Assembly (NCBI GenBank): GCA_026413965.1
Contig: JAOAJY010000004.1
Span: forward strand, 1 to 54,928
DNA length: 54,928 bases
From: Candidatus Micrarchaeota archaeon
GTDB taxonomy: Archaea; Micrarchaeota; Micrarchaeia; Anstonellales; Anstonellaceae
Direction of reading: 5' to 3'
Below are positions 26,328 to 36,803 of this stretch, piece by piece. Below the pieces are notes generated by a model, which saw nothing but the letters and a program-made list of their open reading frames with translations, was not told where the DNA came from and did no database searches. Made by a program: the position numbers and the translations under genes. Numbering within the stretch: the first letter of the stretch is position 1; every line of letters starts with the position of its first letter.

Positions 26328-28694
26328 ATGCCCATATGCGATAGGTATGGCCGCAGCGTTGAGGAGAAGTGGCAGGAGTGGTGGGAGAAAAGCGGCACAT
26401 ACAATTTTTCGGAGTCAGATGCCTCAAAGCCGGTCTATTCAATAGACACGCCCCCTCCGTTCACCTCAGGGGAGCTTCACATGGGGCATGTGCTTTCATA
26501 TTCCTACTTTGATTTTGTGGCAAGGTACAAAAGGATGCGAGGGTATAATGTATATTACCCGCAGGGCTGGGACTGCCAAGGCTTCCCCACAGAGGTGAAG
26601 GTTGAGTCCAAATACGGGCGAAAGCCGCCAAAAGAATTCCGGCAGCTTTGCGCAAAATGGACTGAGGAGTTCATAGCCAAAATGCGCGCTCAGATGAAAG
26701 CCCTCGGCTTCTCTGCGGATTGGAGATATGAATACAGGACAATGGACCCGTCCTACCACAAGAAAGTGCAGCTGTCTATTCTTGAGATGCACAAGAAAGG
26801 GCTGATTTACCGCTCAGAGCACCCTGTTTACTGGTGCACAAACTGCGTCTCCGCGCTTGCAAAAACCGACACAGAGGATGTCAGCCGCGAGACCGAGCTC
26901 CACTACGTAAGCTTTTCATTGGGCGGAAAGCCGCTTCTGATAGCCACCACCCGCCCTGAGCTTATGCATGCCTGTGTCGCGGTCGCATACAATCCAAGCG
27001 ACGAGCGGTACGCTAAGCTTGGGGAGACAAAAGTGGAGACCGCTTTCGGCAAGCAGGTCCCTCTCATTCCTGACTCGGATGTGGACAAGGAATTTGGGAC
27101 AGGAGTGGTGATGGTCTGCACCTTTGGAGACAAGCAAGATATCATATGGATGTACAAGCACAAGCTGCCTGTCATCAGGGCGATTGATGAGCACGGCAGG
27201 CTCATCAACACAGGAGAGATGGGCTTAGACGGGCTGAAATGCGGCGAGGCAAGGGCAAAAATCCTGGAAAGGCTGAAGGCGGAAGGCAAGCTGGTCAAAA
27301 GCGCCAAGATACAGCAAGTAGTGAAAGTCCATGACCGCTGCAAAAAGCCGGTTGAGTTTCTCCTCTCCATGCAATGGTTTGCCAAGATAACCGAAAAGTC
27401 TGAGGAGATAATAGATTATGCAAAAAAGATAAAATGGACCCCATCATTTGGTATACAGTACCTTATTGATTGGGCAAGATATGTGGAGTGGGACTGGGTG
27501 ATTTCCCGCCAAAGAGTTTTCGGCACGCCGCTTCCCTTTTGGATTGACCAAAAAACAGGGAAAGCCTATCCAGCAGAGGAGTCCGAGCTTCCATTCAACC
27601 CGGATTTGCGCCCCACCAAGATTGGGCCAGACGGCCAGATTCTTCACGCAGAGTCATCGACATGCGACTGCTGGGTGGATTCCAGCATAACGCCTCTGGT
27701 GATTGGAAGGTGGCCTGAGGACAAAGCATTCCTCTCCCGCGTCTACCCTGCCTCCCTTCGCCCCCAGGGCGTTGAGATAGTCCGCACCTGGGCATTTTAT
27801 ACGATATACCGCTGCTCACAGCTCACCAGCCAAGCCCCATTCAAAGAAATCCTTCTCAACGGCAACGTATTGGCTCCAGACGGAAAGAAAATGAGCAAAT
27901 CCTTGGGGAACATAATCTCTCCTGACAAGCTGCTTACGGATTACTCTGCGGATGCCATACGCCAGTGGGCGGCTCTTTCAGGCGCGATGGCAAAAGACAG
28001 GCCGTTTTCTTACCAAGACATGCAGTACTCCAAAAGCTTCATCAACAAGGTGGTGAATGCCGCCAAGCTTGTGGAGAAGGCATGCGCTGATTTCGACGGC
28101 TCGGAAGCTCCTCGCTTTTCTCTCCGCATGGTTGACAGATGGATACTTTCCAGGCTAAGCGGCATAGTCTCCAAAGCCACCGAATCATTTGAAGGCTTCC
28201 AGTTCCACCAAGCCATCAAGATTGTGCAGGATTTCTTCTGGCACGAGTTTTGCGATTTCTACTTGGAATACGCCAAGCACAGGATTTACCAGCCAGAAAT
28301 TTATGGGCATGAGAGCAAGAGAGCTGCGCAGTATGCCATGCGCAGGGTTCTTTTGGAGTGCTGCCAGCTGCTTGCGCCAATCACCCCGCATCTTTCTGAG
28401 GAAATCTGGCAATCTTTCCGGCCCGGGCAAAGCATCCATCTCTCCTCTTGGCCAGAAAGCAAAAGCCATGAGGCAGACCCCGAAGCTGAGGAGCAGGTGG
28501 AATTCCTGAACTGGGTGGTTTCTCAGGCAAGGCAGCACAAGGCAGACAGGAAGCAGCCCCTGAACTCAGAGATAAGCCATGCCTCAATCAGCGCCCCATT
28601 CCCGATTTCTGATATAGAAGAGGAGATTCATGCCACGGCAAGGATAAAGGTTATTAATTACGCCCTCGGAAGCAAATCAGTAAGCTTTGCTTGA
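26328..28694 (+). CDS. valS: Valine--tRNA ligase (archaeal type)
   Basis: IDTPPPFTSGELHMGH, editing GTGVVMVCTFGD, DWVISRQR, KMSKS. Confidence 0.97.
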   Translation: MPICDRYGRSVEEKWQEWWEKSGTYNFSESDASKPVYSIDTPPPFTSGELHMGHVLSYSYFDFVARYKRMRGYNVYYPQGWDCQGFPTEVKVESKYGRKPPKEFRQLCAKWTEEFIAKMRAQMKALGFSADWRYEYRTMDPSYHKKVQLSILEMHKKGLIYRSEHPVYWCTNCVSALAKTDTEDVSRETELHYVSFSLGGKPLLIATTRPELMHACVAVAYNPSDERYAKLGETKVETAFGKQVPLIPDSDVDKEFGTGVVMVCTFGDKQDIIWMYKHKLPVIRAIDEHGRLINTGEMGLDGLKCGEARAKILERLKAEGKLVKSAKIQQVVKVHDRCKKPVEFLLSMQWFAKITEKSEEIIDYAKKIKWTPSFGIQYLIDWARYVEWDWVISRQRVFGTPLPFWIDQKTGKAYPAEESELPFNPDLRPTKIGPDGQILHAESSTCDCWVDSSITPLVIGRWPEDKAFLSRVYPASLRPQGVEIVRTWAFYTIYRCSQLTSQAPFKEILLNGNVLAPDGKKMSKSLGNIISPDKLLTDYSADAIRQWAALSGAMAKDRPFSYQDMQYSKSFINKVVNAAKLVEKACADFDGSEAPRFSLRMVDRWILSRLSGIVSKATESFEGFQFHQAIKIVQDFFWHEFCDFYLEYAKHRIYQPEIYGHESKRAAQYAMRRVLLECCQLLAPITPHLSEEIWQSFRPGQSIHLSSWPESKSHEADPEAEEQVEFLNWVVSQARQHKADRKQPLNSEISHASISAPFPISDIEEEIHATARIKVINYALGSKSVSFA

Positions 28695-28697
28695 GGT

Positions 28698-29078
28698 GTG
28701 TGGTTGCCAAAAGCCAAAAGGAAGCGCAAGGGCAAGGCAGCAAGGAAAAAGCTGCGCAGCAGGCTCGCGAAGCCCGCAGAGGAGGATTTTGACCTATCTT
28801 TCCCAAAAGCAGAGGAAGGAAAGCCAAAAATGCCTGCAAGCCAAGAGCCTCTTGCCGCCCCTTCTTTTGACCATGCCCTCCACCATATAGAAAGCAAGAA
28901 AAGAATACCGCATGCCGCAACAGCGATTCTGGGCTCTCTTTTGGTCACCACCATCGCCTTGGCGCTGCAGCTTTTGGTGTTGAACGTGGGCATTTTCTAT
29001 TCCTTGGGGCTTTCAGTTGCAATTTTTGTGGGCTTTGCAATTCTGTTTTACAATTTCCTGGAAGCAAGGAAATACTGA
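28698..29078 (+). CDS. Hypothetical membrane protein
   Basis: Basic N-terminus and two C-terminal TM helices; GAGGT RBS, GTG start. Confidence 0.6.
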   Translation: MWLPKAKRKRKGKAARKKLRSRLAKPAEEDFDLSFPKAEEGKPKMPASQEPLAAPSFDHALHHIESKKRIPHAATAILGSLLVTTIALALQLLVLNVGIFYSLGLSVAIFVGFAILFYNFLEARKY

Positions 29079-29122
29079 TGAGTCCGGAAACTGAAAACCT
29101 TTTTAAGCAATTGCTTTCCAAT

Positions 29123-29241
29123 TAGCCTCAAGCTTCGGCTGGACCGGCTTTATGCCGGAAGAAGGATGCTTGCGCCAAAAAATTGAGCGCCTACGCATCT
29201 TTTTTCCAAGATTCCAGCCTCTTGGAAACCATTAAGGAGGT
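29123..29241 (+). promoter_or_regulatory. Structured 5' leader of rps15 (candidate r-protein leader)
   Basis: Four consecutive hairpins between a TTTTTAAG box (~29100) and the AGGAGGT RBS (29235-29241). Confidence 0.5.
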
Positions 29242-29248
29242 CAGAACA

Positions 29249-29704
29249 ATGGCAAGAATGCACTCCAAAAAGAGGGGCAAATCCGGCTCAAAGCGCCCAA
29301 ATACTGGCGTCTCTCCTGAGTGGGTGGAATATTCCGCCCATGAAGTTGAGGATTTGGTAATAAAGATGGGCAAGGAAGGGAAAGGCGCTACTGAGATAGG
29401 CATGATTCTGCGGGATGTTTATGGCATCCCCTCGGTCCAAACGCTATGCGGCAAATCCATAAGCGCGATTTTGAGGAAGGGAGGAGTCAAGCAGGATTAT
29501 CCTGAGGATTTGCTGAACCTGATAAAAAGGGCTGTCAATATGCGGGAGCATTTGCGGACCAACCGCTCAGACAAGCACAACAGGACAAAGCTCATCCATG
29601 TCGAGTCAAAGATAGGGAGGCTGGTGAAATACTACACAAAGACCGGAAGATTGCCTGCTGACTGGAAGTACGACCCTGAGACAGCGGCTCTGTTGGTGAA
29701 GTGA
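29249..29704 (+). CDS. rps15: 30S ribosomal protein uS15 (archaeal S15)
   Basis: MARMHSKKRGKSGS...PEDLLNLIKRA...DKHN...ESKIGRLVKYY. Confidence 0.98.
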   Translation: MARMHSKKRGKSGSKRPNTGVSPEWVEYSAHEVEDLVIKMGKEGKGATEIGMILRDVYGIPSVQTLCGKSISAILRKGGVKQDYPEDLLNLIKRAVNMREHLRTNRSDKHNRTKLIHVESKIGRLVKYYTKTGRLPADWKYDPETAALLVK

Positions 29705-29708
29705 TAAT

Positions 29709-30302
29709 ATGGCAGAAAAGAAAACCAAGGTTGTCGACAAGTGGAAAACAAAAAGCTGGTATTCGGTAATCGCGCCTGAGATGTTCGAGTCAAAGGAGAT
29801 AGGGCAAATAGTCTCATCTGACGAGTCCAACTTGCTGAACCGCAAAATCAAAGTCGGTTTGGGCGAGCTTTTGGGCTCATTTTCCCAATCTTCAGCTTAC
29901 ACCTCCATCTTTTTCCGTGTGAAAGAGGTCAAAGGCAAATCTGCCTACGCCTCCTTTGTGGGGCATGAGCTGATGCCTGGGTATGTGCGGACGCTTGCCC
30001 GGCGCAGGCGCTCAGTAATAAGCCAAGTGGATGACGTGGCCACAAAAGATGGGGTCCGCATCAGGATAAAGACCATCTGCGTGTCTGGCGTGAAAGTGAG
30101 CGAAAGCGTCCGGACGGACACAAGAAAAGCCATTTCCTCAGCCATCAAGGAGCTGGCAAAGCAGTCTGAGTTTTCCGCCTTGGTCCAGGAGATAGTCTTT
30201 GGCAAGTTCTCAGCGAAAGTGTTCAATGCAATAAAGAAAATAGGGCCGCTCAAGCGGGTCGAGATCCGGAAGACTGAAGTTATTGAAAGCTTTGCGAAAT
30301 AG
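29709..30302 (+). CDS. rps3ae: 30S ribosomal protein eS1 (S3ae)
   Basis: DKWKTKSWYSVIAP...GHEL...RRRRS...TKDG...IGPLKRVEIRK. Confidence 0.97.
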   Translation: MAEKKTKVVDKWKTKSWYSVIAPEMFESKEIGQIVSSDESNLLNRKIKVGLGELLGSFSQSSAYTSIFFRVKEVKGKSAYASFVGHELMPGYVRTLARRRRSVISQVDDVATKDGVRIRIKTICVSGVKVSESVRTDTRKAISSAIKELAKQSEFSALVQEIVFGKFSAKVFNAIKKIGPLKRVEIRKTEVIESFAK

Positions 30303-30309
30303 GTTCTTC

Positions 30310-30909
30310 TCAGAAGAACAGATATTCAGCCTCAAACCTTATTTTCGGCCTGGGCTTGTCAGCCGCATACCCCACAGGGCAGACCACAGTTGGAACCAGG
30401 TTGCCTGGCAGCTTCAATATTTTCGAATATTCTTTGGGGTCAAAGCCTTCCATAGGGCAAGAGTCAAAACCAAGGGCTTTGGAGCCGTTCAAAGCGTTCC
30501 CAAGCGCAAGGTAAGCCTGCTTTTGCGCCCATGCAAGCTTTTGGGCCTGGTCCATGCTCTTCTCAAAATCCCTCATCATTTGCACATAGCCTTTTATTGA
30601 CTCCTCAGATGCTCCGGATTTCAAAAGAGCGCCTTCCAGCTTGTCAATAAGCGCGGCTATGTTTGTGTCCGCGCAGAAAACCAGCACATGCGACGAGGTT
30701 CCGATTTGCTGCTGGTCCCATGAGGCTTTTTGGAGCAAATCCTTGGTCTTCTGGTCAGAGACAACCTTCACTTTGTAAGGCTGGAGGTTGAACGAGGTTG
30801 GCGCAAAGCGTATCAGCTCCATCAGCTCGTTGAGCTTGGATGCAGGCAGCTTCCTGCCGTCAAATTTCTTCACCGCATACCTGCTCATGACAATTTCCTT
30901 GAATTCCAT
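30310..30909 (-). CDS. Nitroreductase family NAD(P)H oxidoreductase
   Basis: SRYAVKKFD, APTSFNLQPY, DSCPMEGFD, PVGY. Confidence 0.93.
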   Translation of the reverse strand: MEFKEIVMSRYAVKKFDGRKLPASKLNELMELIRFAPTSFNLQPYKVKVVSDQKTKDLLQKASWDQQQIGTSSHVLVFCADTNIAALIDKLEGALLKSGASEESIKGYVQMMRDFEKSMDQAQKLAWAQKQAYLALGNALNGSKALGFDSCPMEGFDPKEYSKILKLPGNLVPTVVCPVGYAADKPRPKIRFEAEYLFF

Positions 30910-31035
30910 CTCATCGCCCCCTTCGATGCCAAAAATTTTTGATTTGACAAATCATGGCAAACTATTTAATGTCTCCTTCTTGTCAGGCGCACCTTTTTAT
31001 TTGTCTTTTGCCTTTTTTGGGAGGAAGGTGTTGCC

Positions 31036-31809
31036 TTGGAAAAGCCATTGCTTTTTGGGGAGATGACCTCTTTGCAGCTTGCCCGATTCCTCAAAGCGGA
31101 GAAAAAGCCAGTTGCCATAATCCCAATGGGCGCAACCGAAGCGCACGGAAGCCATCTTCCGCTTTGGACCGACTCGATTGCCCCTTATGAGCTTGCCAAA
31201 AGGGTTTCTGCCCGGACTGGCGCCATCGTCCTTCCTCCAATCAATTACGGCTTCTGCTACACCCTCAGAAAATGGCCCGGCACAATCTCACTCAAATCGC
31301 AGACATTTTCCTCCTTGATACGCGATATAGCGCGCGAGCTTGTGCGGAATGGGTTTGACAGGCTTCTTTTTCTCAACGGGCACGGGGCGAATGCCTCTAT
31401 CGCAGGGCATGTCCTAAGCGAGCTTGCGGATGAATTCTGCGGCCCTCCTTCGCACAGCAGACTGCTTCGCAAATCCCCATCCTGCCCAACTTTCAAAGCA
31501 TGCATTGTCTCTTGGTGGGAGATAAAGGAGCTGGAAAAAATGTGCGGTCCAATAGGGCATGCGGATGAAAACGAAGAATCCATCGTGCTGGCCCTCAGCG
31601 AATGGGAGAAGAAGCCATCAAAGCAAGAGGCCAGCAGAAAATTCCTCGGCAAAGTGGTTCCGCTTCCTGCTGGCCAATTCACAAAATATGGATATATCGG
31701 CAAGGTTGGAGGAGGCTCTCTGGAAAAAGGGAAGCAGATGGAGAAAGTCATAGTCAATAAGCTTGTCAAGCTGGTTGAGGCTGACTTGTCTTATGAGGAG
31801 GTTGATTGA
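31036..31809 (+). CDS. Creatininase family amidohydrolase
   Basis: PMGATEAHGSHLP..TD, NGHGAN and GHADENE metal ligands. Confidence 0.9.
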   Translation: MEKPLLFGEMTSLQLARFLKAEKKPVAIIPMGATEAHGSHLPLWTDSIAPYELAKRVSARTGAIVLPPINYGFCYTLRKWPGTISLKSQTFSSLIRDIARELVRNGFDRLLFLNGHGANASIAGHVLSELADEFCGPPSHSRLLRKSPSCPTFKACIVSWWEIKELEKMCGPIGHADENEESIVLALSEWEKKPSKQEASRKFLGKVVPLPAGQFTKYGYIGKVGGGSLEKGKQMEKVIVNKLVKLVEADLSYEEVD

Positions 31810-32139
31810 ATGCTTCCTGGGTTTGACCCCAAGCAGATGGCAAAAGCCATGAGGCAGATGGGCATAAAGACAGAGGAGATTTCCGCCTCAAAAGTCACAA
31901 TTGAGCTGAAAGAGGGGGGCAGGCTGGTGGTTTTTGAGCCAAGCGTGATTCAAATAGAGATGCAGGGGCAAAAATCTTTCCAGGTGTCAGGCAAAGTTCA
32001 AGAAGAGCCGGAGGCTGGGGAAGAGGACATCAAAATGGTTCAAGAGGCAGCAGGCTGCTCTCGCGAAGAGGCTCAGAATGCTTTAAGGGAGAGCGGCGGC
32101 GACATAGCTGAAGCCATCCTGAGGCTTAAAGGGGAATAG
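31810..32139 (+). CDS. nac: Nascent polypeptide-associated complex protein
   Basis: PKQMAKAMRQMGI NAC domain plus UBA-like EEDIKMV...GDIAEAILRL. Confidence 0.95.
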   Translation: MLPGFDPKQMAKAMRQMGIKTEEISASKVTIELKEGGRLVVFEPSVIQIEMQGQKSFQVSGKVQEEPEAGEEDIKMVQEAAGCSREEAQNALRESGGDIAEAILRLKGE

Positions 32140-32282
32140 GCTCTGGCCTGCCCAAGCCTGCCGCATCTGGTTATATAAATTTTTTCAGCGGATTTTTGAA
32201 GCTTCGCAAGAAGCGTGGGAGGTGGGATGGAGCCTTCGGGCCTACCATTCCCCTCTATTCCAATCTTTTTTTGTGGGTTGGC

Positions 32283-33881
32283 ATGCTGCTCTCAGATTAC
32301 GCAAAATCAGCGCCCCATTCTCCAGGCGTCTACAAATTTTTGTCGGCAGAAGGCGCAGTCCTTTATGTAGGCAAAGCGAAGGATTTGCGGAGCCGGCTCT
32401 CAAGCTACTTCTCAGGGGCAGCCACTGACAGAGCCCGCCAGATGCTTTCCCAAGCAAAATCCATAGAGGTTATAGTGACTGACAATGAGGCAGAGGCCCT
32501 CATTTTGGAAAACAGCCTGATAAAAGAGCATTTCCCGAAATACAACATACAGCTCAAAGACAATGAAAAATACACATATATTCTGGTCACAGACGAGGCT
32601 TTTCCCCGCATGCTTCTGGTCCGGAGAAGCAGGGGAGGGCGGATAAAAATGCGGGGAAGCGTTTATGGGCCATTTGTTTCCGGCTCAGCCTATGTGCTAG
32701 TCTCCTCCACTCTCCGCAAGCTCTTCAAGATACGCACCTGCAAGGTGGGGCAAGGAAAGCCCTGCCTCCAGTACCATCTCGGCTTCTGCATGGGGCCTTG
32801 CGCAGGCCTTGTCACTCCTGAAGAGTATGGAAAGCAGGTGGAAAAGCTCAAGGAGGTCCTGTCTGGAGGCAAGAAGCTTGAGCAACTGCTTGAGGAGCTC
32901 CAAAGCGAGATGCTGTCTGCCTCAAAAATGAGGCAATTTGAGAGGGCTATTGAGCTGAGGAATGCCATAAAGTCCCTGTCATCCCTTCTTGAAAAGCAGA
33001 AAATGGAGAGCAGAAGCGAGGCAGACGAAGACTATGTCTCCTTTGCTGAAAGCGGAGGCAATGTCTTAGTCCAGATTTTCAGGCAGGTTGGCGGTGTCAT
33101 AAAGGACAGGAAAAGGTTTTCCATACCCTCCGCTGTTTCTGGAAGCCCTCTTTCTGAGTTTTTGGCCCGCTTTTATGAGGCAGAGAGGATACCGCGAAAG
33201 ATATATGTTGAGCAGCCTTTTGAGGACATGGCGCTAGTCGAAAGCTTCCTGTCTGGCAAAAGAGGGGGCCCTGTATCAATAGCAGTGCCTGAAAAAGGAG
33301 ACAAAAAGAAGCTTCTTGAGCTTCTCCGCAAAAACATAATGCTTGAAATAAGCAAAGACTCCAACCCCGCCCTAATTGAGCTCCAAAATGCGCTTTCTCT
33401 CCCGCGCCTGCCAAAAACCATAGAATGCTTCGACGTTTCCAATCTGCAAAGCTCCAATATAGTGGGCGCAATGTCCCAATTTGTGAACGGATTCCCCAAA
33501 AAATCCTCGTATAGGAGATTCAAGATAAGGTCCATAGAGCAGCAAAATGACTTCGCTGCCATCTGGGAAATAGTCTTCAGAAGATACTCCCGCCTGAAAG
33601 CGGAAGGCTCCTCTCTTCCTGATTTGGTTGTGGTGGATGGCGGGCCTGGCCAGCTTAATGCGGCAATCTCAGCAATCTCTGAGCTTGGGCTTTCAATTCC
33701 GTGCGTGTCACTTGCGAAGAAGGAAGAAGAGATTTACCTTCCAGGCAAAAGAGTTCCAATAAAGCTTCCAAAATCGTCTGAAGCTTTGCATGTGCTTCAG
33801 TTTGCCAGGGATGAGGCGCACCGTTTCGGAGTTTCCTACCACCGTCTCCTGAGAAGAAAAAAAACCAGCCTGAAGCTTTAG
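32283..33881 (+). CDS. uvrC: Excinuclease ABC subunit C (no C-terminal HhH domain)
   Basis: GIY-YIG (PGVY...YVGKAKDL...EAL), Cys-rich region, UVR domain, RNase H-like ([22 protein letters not shown]). Confidence 0.96.
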   Translation: MLLSDYAKSAPHSPGVYKFLSAEGAVLYVGKAKDLRSRLSSYFSGAATDRARQMLSQAKSIEVIVTDNEAEALILENSLIKEHFPKYNIQLKDNEKYTYILVTDEAFPRMLLVRRSRGGRIKMRGSVYGPFVSGSAYVLVSSTLRKLFKIRTCKVGQGKPCLQYHLGFCMGPCAGLVTPEEYGKQVEKLKEVLSGGKKLEQLLEELQSEMLSASKMRQFERAIELRNAIKSLSSLLEKQKMESRSEADEDYVSFAESGGNVLVQIFRQVGGVIKDRKRFSIPSAVSGSPLSEFLARFYEAERIPRKIYVEQPFEDMALVESFLSGKRGGPVSIAVPEKGDKKKLLELLRKNIMLEISKDSNPALIELQNALSLPRLPKTIECFDVSNLQSSNIVGAMSQFVNGFPKKSSYRRFKIRSIEQQNDFAAIWEIVFRRYSRLKAEGSSLPDLVVVDGGPGQLNAAISAISELGLSIPCVSLAKKEEEIYLPGKRVPIKLPKSSEALHVLQFARDEAHRFGVSYHRLLRRKKTSLKL

Positions 33882-36709
33882 CCATGCGTTTCCTTCAGCA
33901 CCCTTTTCAAGTACTCGCCGGTGTAGCTGGCTTTGTTTCCGGCAATTTCTTCCGGTGTCCCGCATGCCACAATCTCCCCTCCATCTTCTCCTCCTTCCGG
34001 CCCCAAATCAATTATCCAGTCAGCCGACTTTATGACATCCAAGTTGTGCTCAATGACTATAACGCTGTTGCCCCTGTCAGTCAGCCTTTGCAGGACAGCC
34101 AGAAGCTTTGACACATCCGCAAAATGCAGGCCCGTGGTTGGCTCATCCAGTATATAGACGGTGGAGCCGGTGTCCCTTCTTGAAAGCTCGGCGGCCAGCT
34201 TTATCCTTTGCGCTTCGCCTCCAGACAAGGTGGTTGCTGGCTGCCCAAGCGATATGTAGCCCAGCCCAACATCATTCATGGTCTCCAGCTTGTTTTTGAC
34301 CGAAGGTATGCTCTGGAAGAATCGCAAAGCCTCCTCCACGCTCATGGACAAAACCTCGTGGATGTTTTTGCCTTTGTACCTTATCTGAAGCGTTTCGCTG
34401 TCATATCTTTTGCCGCCGCATTCCTCGCAAGTGACATAAACATCAGGCAGGAATTGCATCTCTATCCGCTTGACTCCGTCGCCCTCGCAAGCCTGGCACC
34501 TGCCTTTTTGGACATTGAAAGAGAACTGCCCAGGGTCATAGCCTCTTGCCCGGGCTTCAGGCACGCTTGCGAAAAGCTCCCTTATCGGGGTGAACGCTCC
34601 GATGTAGGTTGCTGGATTTGACCTAGGGGTTCTTCCGATAGGGGACTGGTCTATGCATATGACGTCCCTCACCAGCTCCACTCCCTCCAGCCTGTCAAAC
34701 TTTCCAGGCTCCTCTTTTGATTGGTGGAGGTGCTTCATGAGAGCCTTGTAGAGAATCTCATTAACAAGAGTGGATTTTCCTGAGCCTGACACGCCTGTTA
34801 TGCAAGTGAACAGCCCAAGCGGGATTTTTGCATCTATTCCCTTTAGGTTGTTCTCCCTTGCCCCCCTTATTGTCAGCCATTGCTTTGGCTTCCTCCTTAT
34901 TTTAGGCGTAGGTATGGCCATTTCCCTGCGGAGATAGGCTCCTGTGAGCGACTCCTTGCTTTTCTCAATATCTTCGGGCCTGCCTATCGCTATCACCTTG
35001 CCGCCATGCACCCCTGCCCCTGGCCCAAGGTCGACCATGAAATCTGCATTTCTCATGGTCTCCTCATCATGCTCAACAACTATCAAAGTGTTCCCCAAGT
35101 CCCTCAGCGACTTCAATGTCGAAATCAGCTTGTCGTTGTCCCTCTGGTGCAGCCCAATTGAAGGCTCATCAAGGACATACAGCACGCCTGTGAGGTTCGC
35201 CCCTATCTGCGTCGCCAGCCTTATCCTCTGCGCTTCGCCCCCCGAAAGCGTGCCAGTTGTCCTGGAAAGGGACAAGTAGCCGACGCCGACATTAAGAAGG
35301 AAATCCAGGCGCGATATTATCTCGCGCAAGATAGGGCGGGCTATCGCCTCTTCTGTCTTGCTGAGCGCAAGGGAGGTGAAGAACCCATAGGCTGACTCAA
35401 TAGGCATTTCTGTCACTTCAATGATGCTTTTTCCTCCAACTTTCACAGCCAGCACTTCTGGGATGAGCCGCTTGCCCTTGCATGAGGGGCATGGAAGTTC
35501 CCTCATGTATCTTTCCATCTCCTGCCGCCTGTACTCTGATTTCGTCTGCCTGTATAGCCTCTCCAAGTTCGGTATCACTCCCTCAAACCTTGCCATTCCC
35601 TCATATGTGGATTCCCCGTCTTTGGATTGGATGTGGTACTGTATTTTTTCATCGCTTCCGTACAAGACCGCCTTTTTCGCCTCTTCTGAGAGCACATTGA
35701 ACTGCGTTTTTAGGCTGAAGCCGTATTTTTCCCCCAGCCCTGCAAGCAGCTGCAGATAGTATCCCCCAATAGCGCTGTTCTTCCAAGGCTCAATCGCTCC
35801 CTCCTCAAATGTTTTGGTTTTGTCAGGTATCACCAAGTCCGGGTCAAATTCTATCTTCACCCCTAGCCCATGGCACTCTGGGCATGCGCCATATGGAGCG
35901 TTGAAAGAGAACATTCTTGGCTGCAGCTCACCGACAGAGACGCCGCATGTTGGGCAGGAGTTCTTCTGGGAGAAAAGAAGCTCTTTCTTGTCAATCCCAA
36001 CAATCACTAGGCCGTCGGCGCTTTCCTTGATTGCGGTTTTCACCGCTTCAAGAAGGCGCTGCCTGTTTTGCTGGCTGGCGGAGAATCTGTCCACAACCAC
36101 CTCTATGGTGTGCTTTTTGTTTTTGTCAAGCTTTGGTATCTTGCTTTCAAGCTCCATAGGAAAGCCATTCACCCGCACTCTTGAGTAGCCTTTTTGCCTC
36201 AGCTCATCAAACAGCTTGTCGTAAGCCCCTTTTTTTCCGCGAACCACCGGGGAGATTATCTGCACAATCTTTCCGTCTGCCTGCTGCAGCACGCTGTTTG
36301 CAATCTGCTCCGTTGTCTGGGTGGCGATTCTCTCTCCGCATTTCGGGCAGTGGGGTATGCCTATCCTTGCGAAAAGCAGCCTCAAGTAGTCATATATCTC
36401 AGTAGTGGTCCCCACAGTTGAGCGCGGGTTTTTGCTTGTGGTTTTCTGCTCAATTGATATCGCAGGCGACAGCCCTTCAATAGAGTCAACATCAGGCTTG
36501 TTCATAAGCCCAAGGAATTGCCTGGCATACGCAGAAAGCGACTCGACATACCTTCTTTGCCCTTCCGCATAAATAGTGTCAAATGCCAAGGTGGATTTGC
36601 CTGAGCCCGAAAGGCCAGTGATGACTGTGAGCGTGTTTCTGGGTATCTCAAGGGAAATGTTTTTCAGGTTGTGCTCCCTGGCGCCTTTTATCACAATTTT
36701 GTCCTGCAT
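33878..36709 (-). CDS. uvrA: Excinuclease ABC subunit A
   Basis: [10 protein letters not shown], two ABC modules (GLSGSGKS; GVSGSGKS), LSGGEAQR twice, Zn fingers. Confidence 0.98.
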   Translation of the reverse strand: MQDKIVIKGAREHNLKNISLEIPRNTLTVITGLSGSGKSTLAFDTIYAEGQRRYVESLSAYARQFLGLMNKPDVDSIEGLSPAISIEQKTTSKNPRSTVGTTTEIYDYLRLLFARIGIPHCPKCGERIATQTTEQIANSVLQQADGKIVQIISPVVRGKKGAYDKLFDELRQKGYSRVRVNGFPMELESKIPKLDKNKKHTIEVVVDRFSASQQNRQRLLEAVKTAIKESADGLVIVGIDKKELLFSQKNSCPTCGVSVGELQPRMFSFNAPYGACPECHGLGVKIEFDPDLVIPDKTKTFEEGAIEPWKNSAIGGYYLQLLAGLGEKYGFSLKTQFNVLSEEAKKAVLYGSDEKIQYHIQSKDGESTYEGMARFEGVIPNLERLYRQTKSEYRRQEMERYMRELPCPSCKGKRLIPEVLAVKVGGKSIIEVTEMPIESAYGFFTSLALSKTEEAIARPILREIISRLDFLLNVGVGYLSLSRTTGTLSGGEAQRIRLATQIGANLTGVLYVLDEPSIGLHQRDNDKLISTLKSLRDLGNTLIVVEHDEETMRNADFMVDLGPGAGVHGGKVIAIGRPEDIEKSKESLTGAYLRREMAIPTPKIRRKPKQWLTIRGARENNLKGIDAKIPLGLFTCITGVSGSGKSTLVNEILYKALMKHLHQSKEEPGKFDRLEGVELVRDVICIDQSPIGRTPRSNPATYIGAFTPIRELFASVPEARARGYDPGQFSFNVQKGRCQACEGDGVKRIEMQFLPDVYVTCEECGGKRYDSETLQIRYKGKNIHEVLSMSVEEALRFFQSIPSVKNKLETMNDVGLGYISLGQPATTLSGGEAQRIKLAAELSRRDTGSTVYILDEPTTGLHFADVSKLLAVLQRLTDRGNSVIVIEHNLDVIKSADWIIDLGPEGGEDGGEIVACGTPEEIAGNKASYTGEYLKRVLKETHG

Positions 36710-36803
36710 GGTTATCACTTGCAGCTTCAAGCGCGTTTTTTAGAAAAATAAAGTTTTATATTGGCGCCTAGTGAAAGTTAGCGACTCTGCTGGAAGGTGA
36801 GTT

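Noticed and set aside
31435-31495. Pro/Ser/Cys-rich insertion in the creatininase (CGPPSHSRLLRKSPSCPT) as a MITE-like insert
   Set aside because: Only a short CTTCGC repeat and an AGCAG-A-CTGCT palindrome are visible, with no terminal repeats or second copy; more likely a variable loop.
33850-33881. Programmed frameshift at the A8 run extending UvrC
   Set aside because: The shifted frame examined runs into uvrA antisense and gives no HhH-like sequence.
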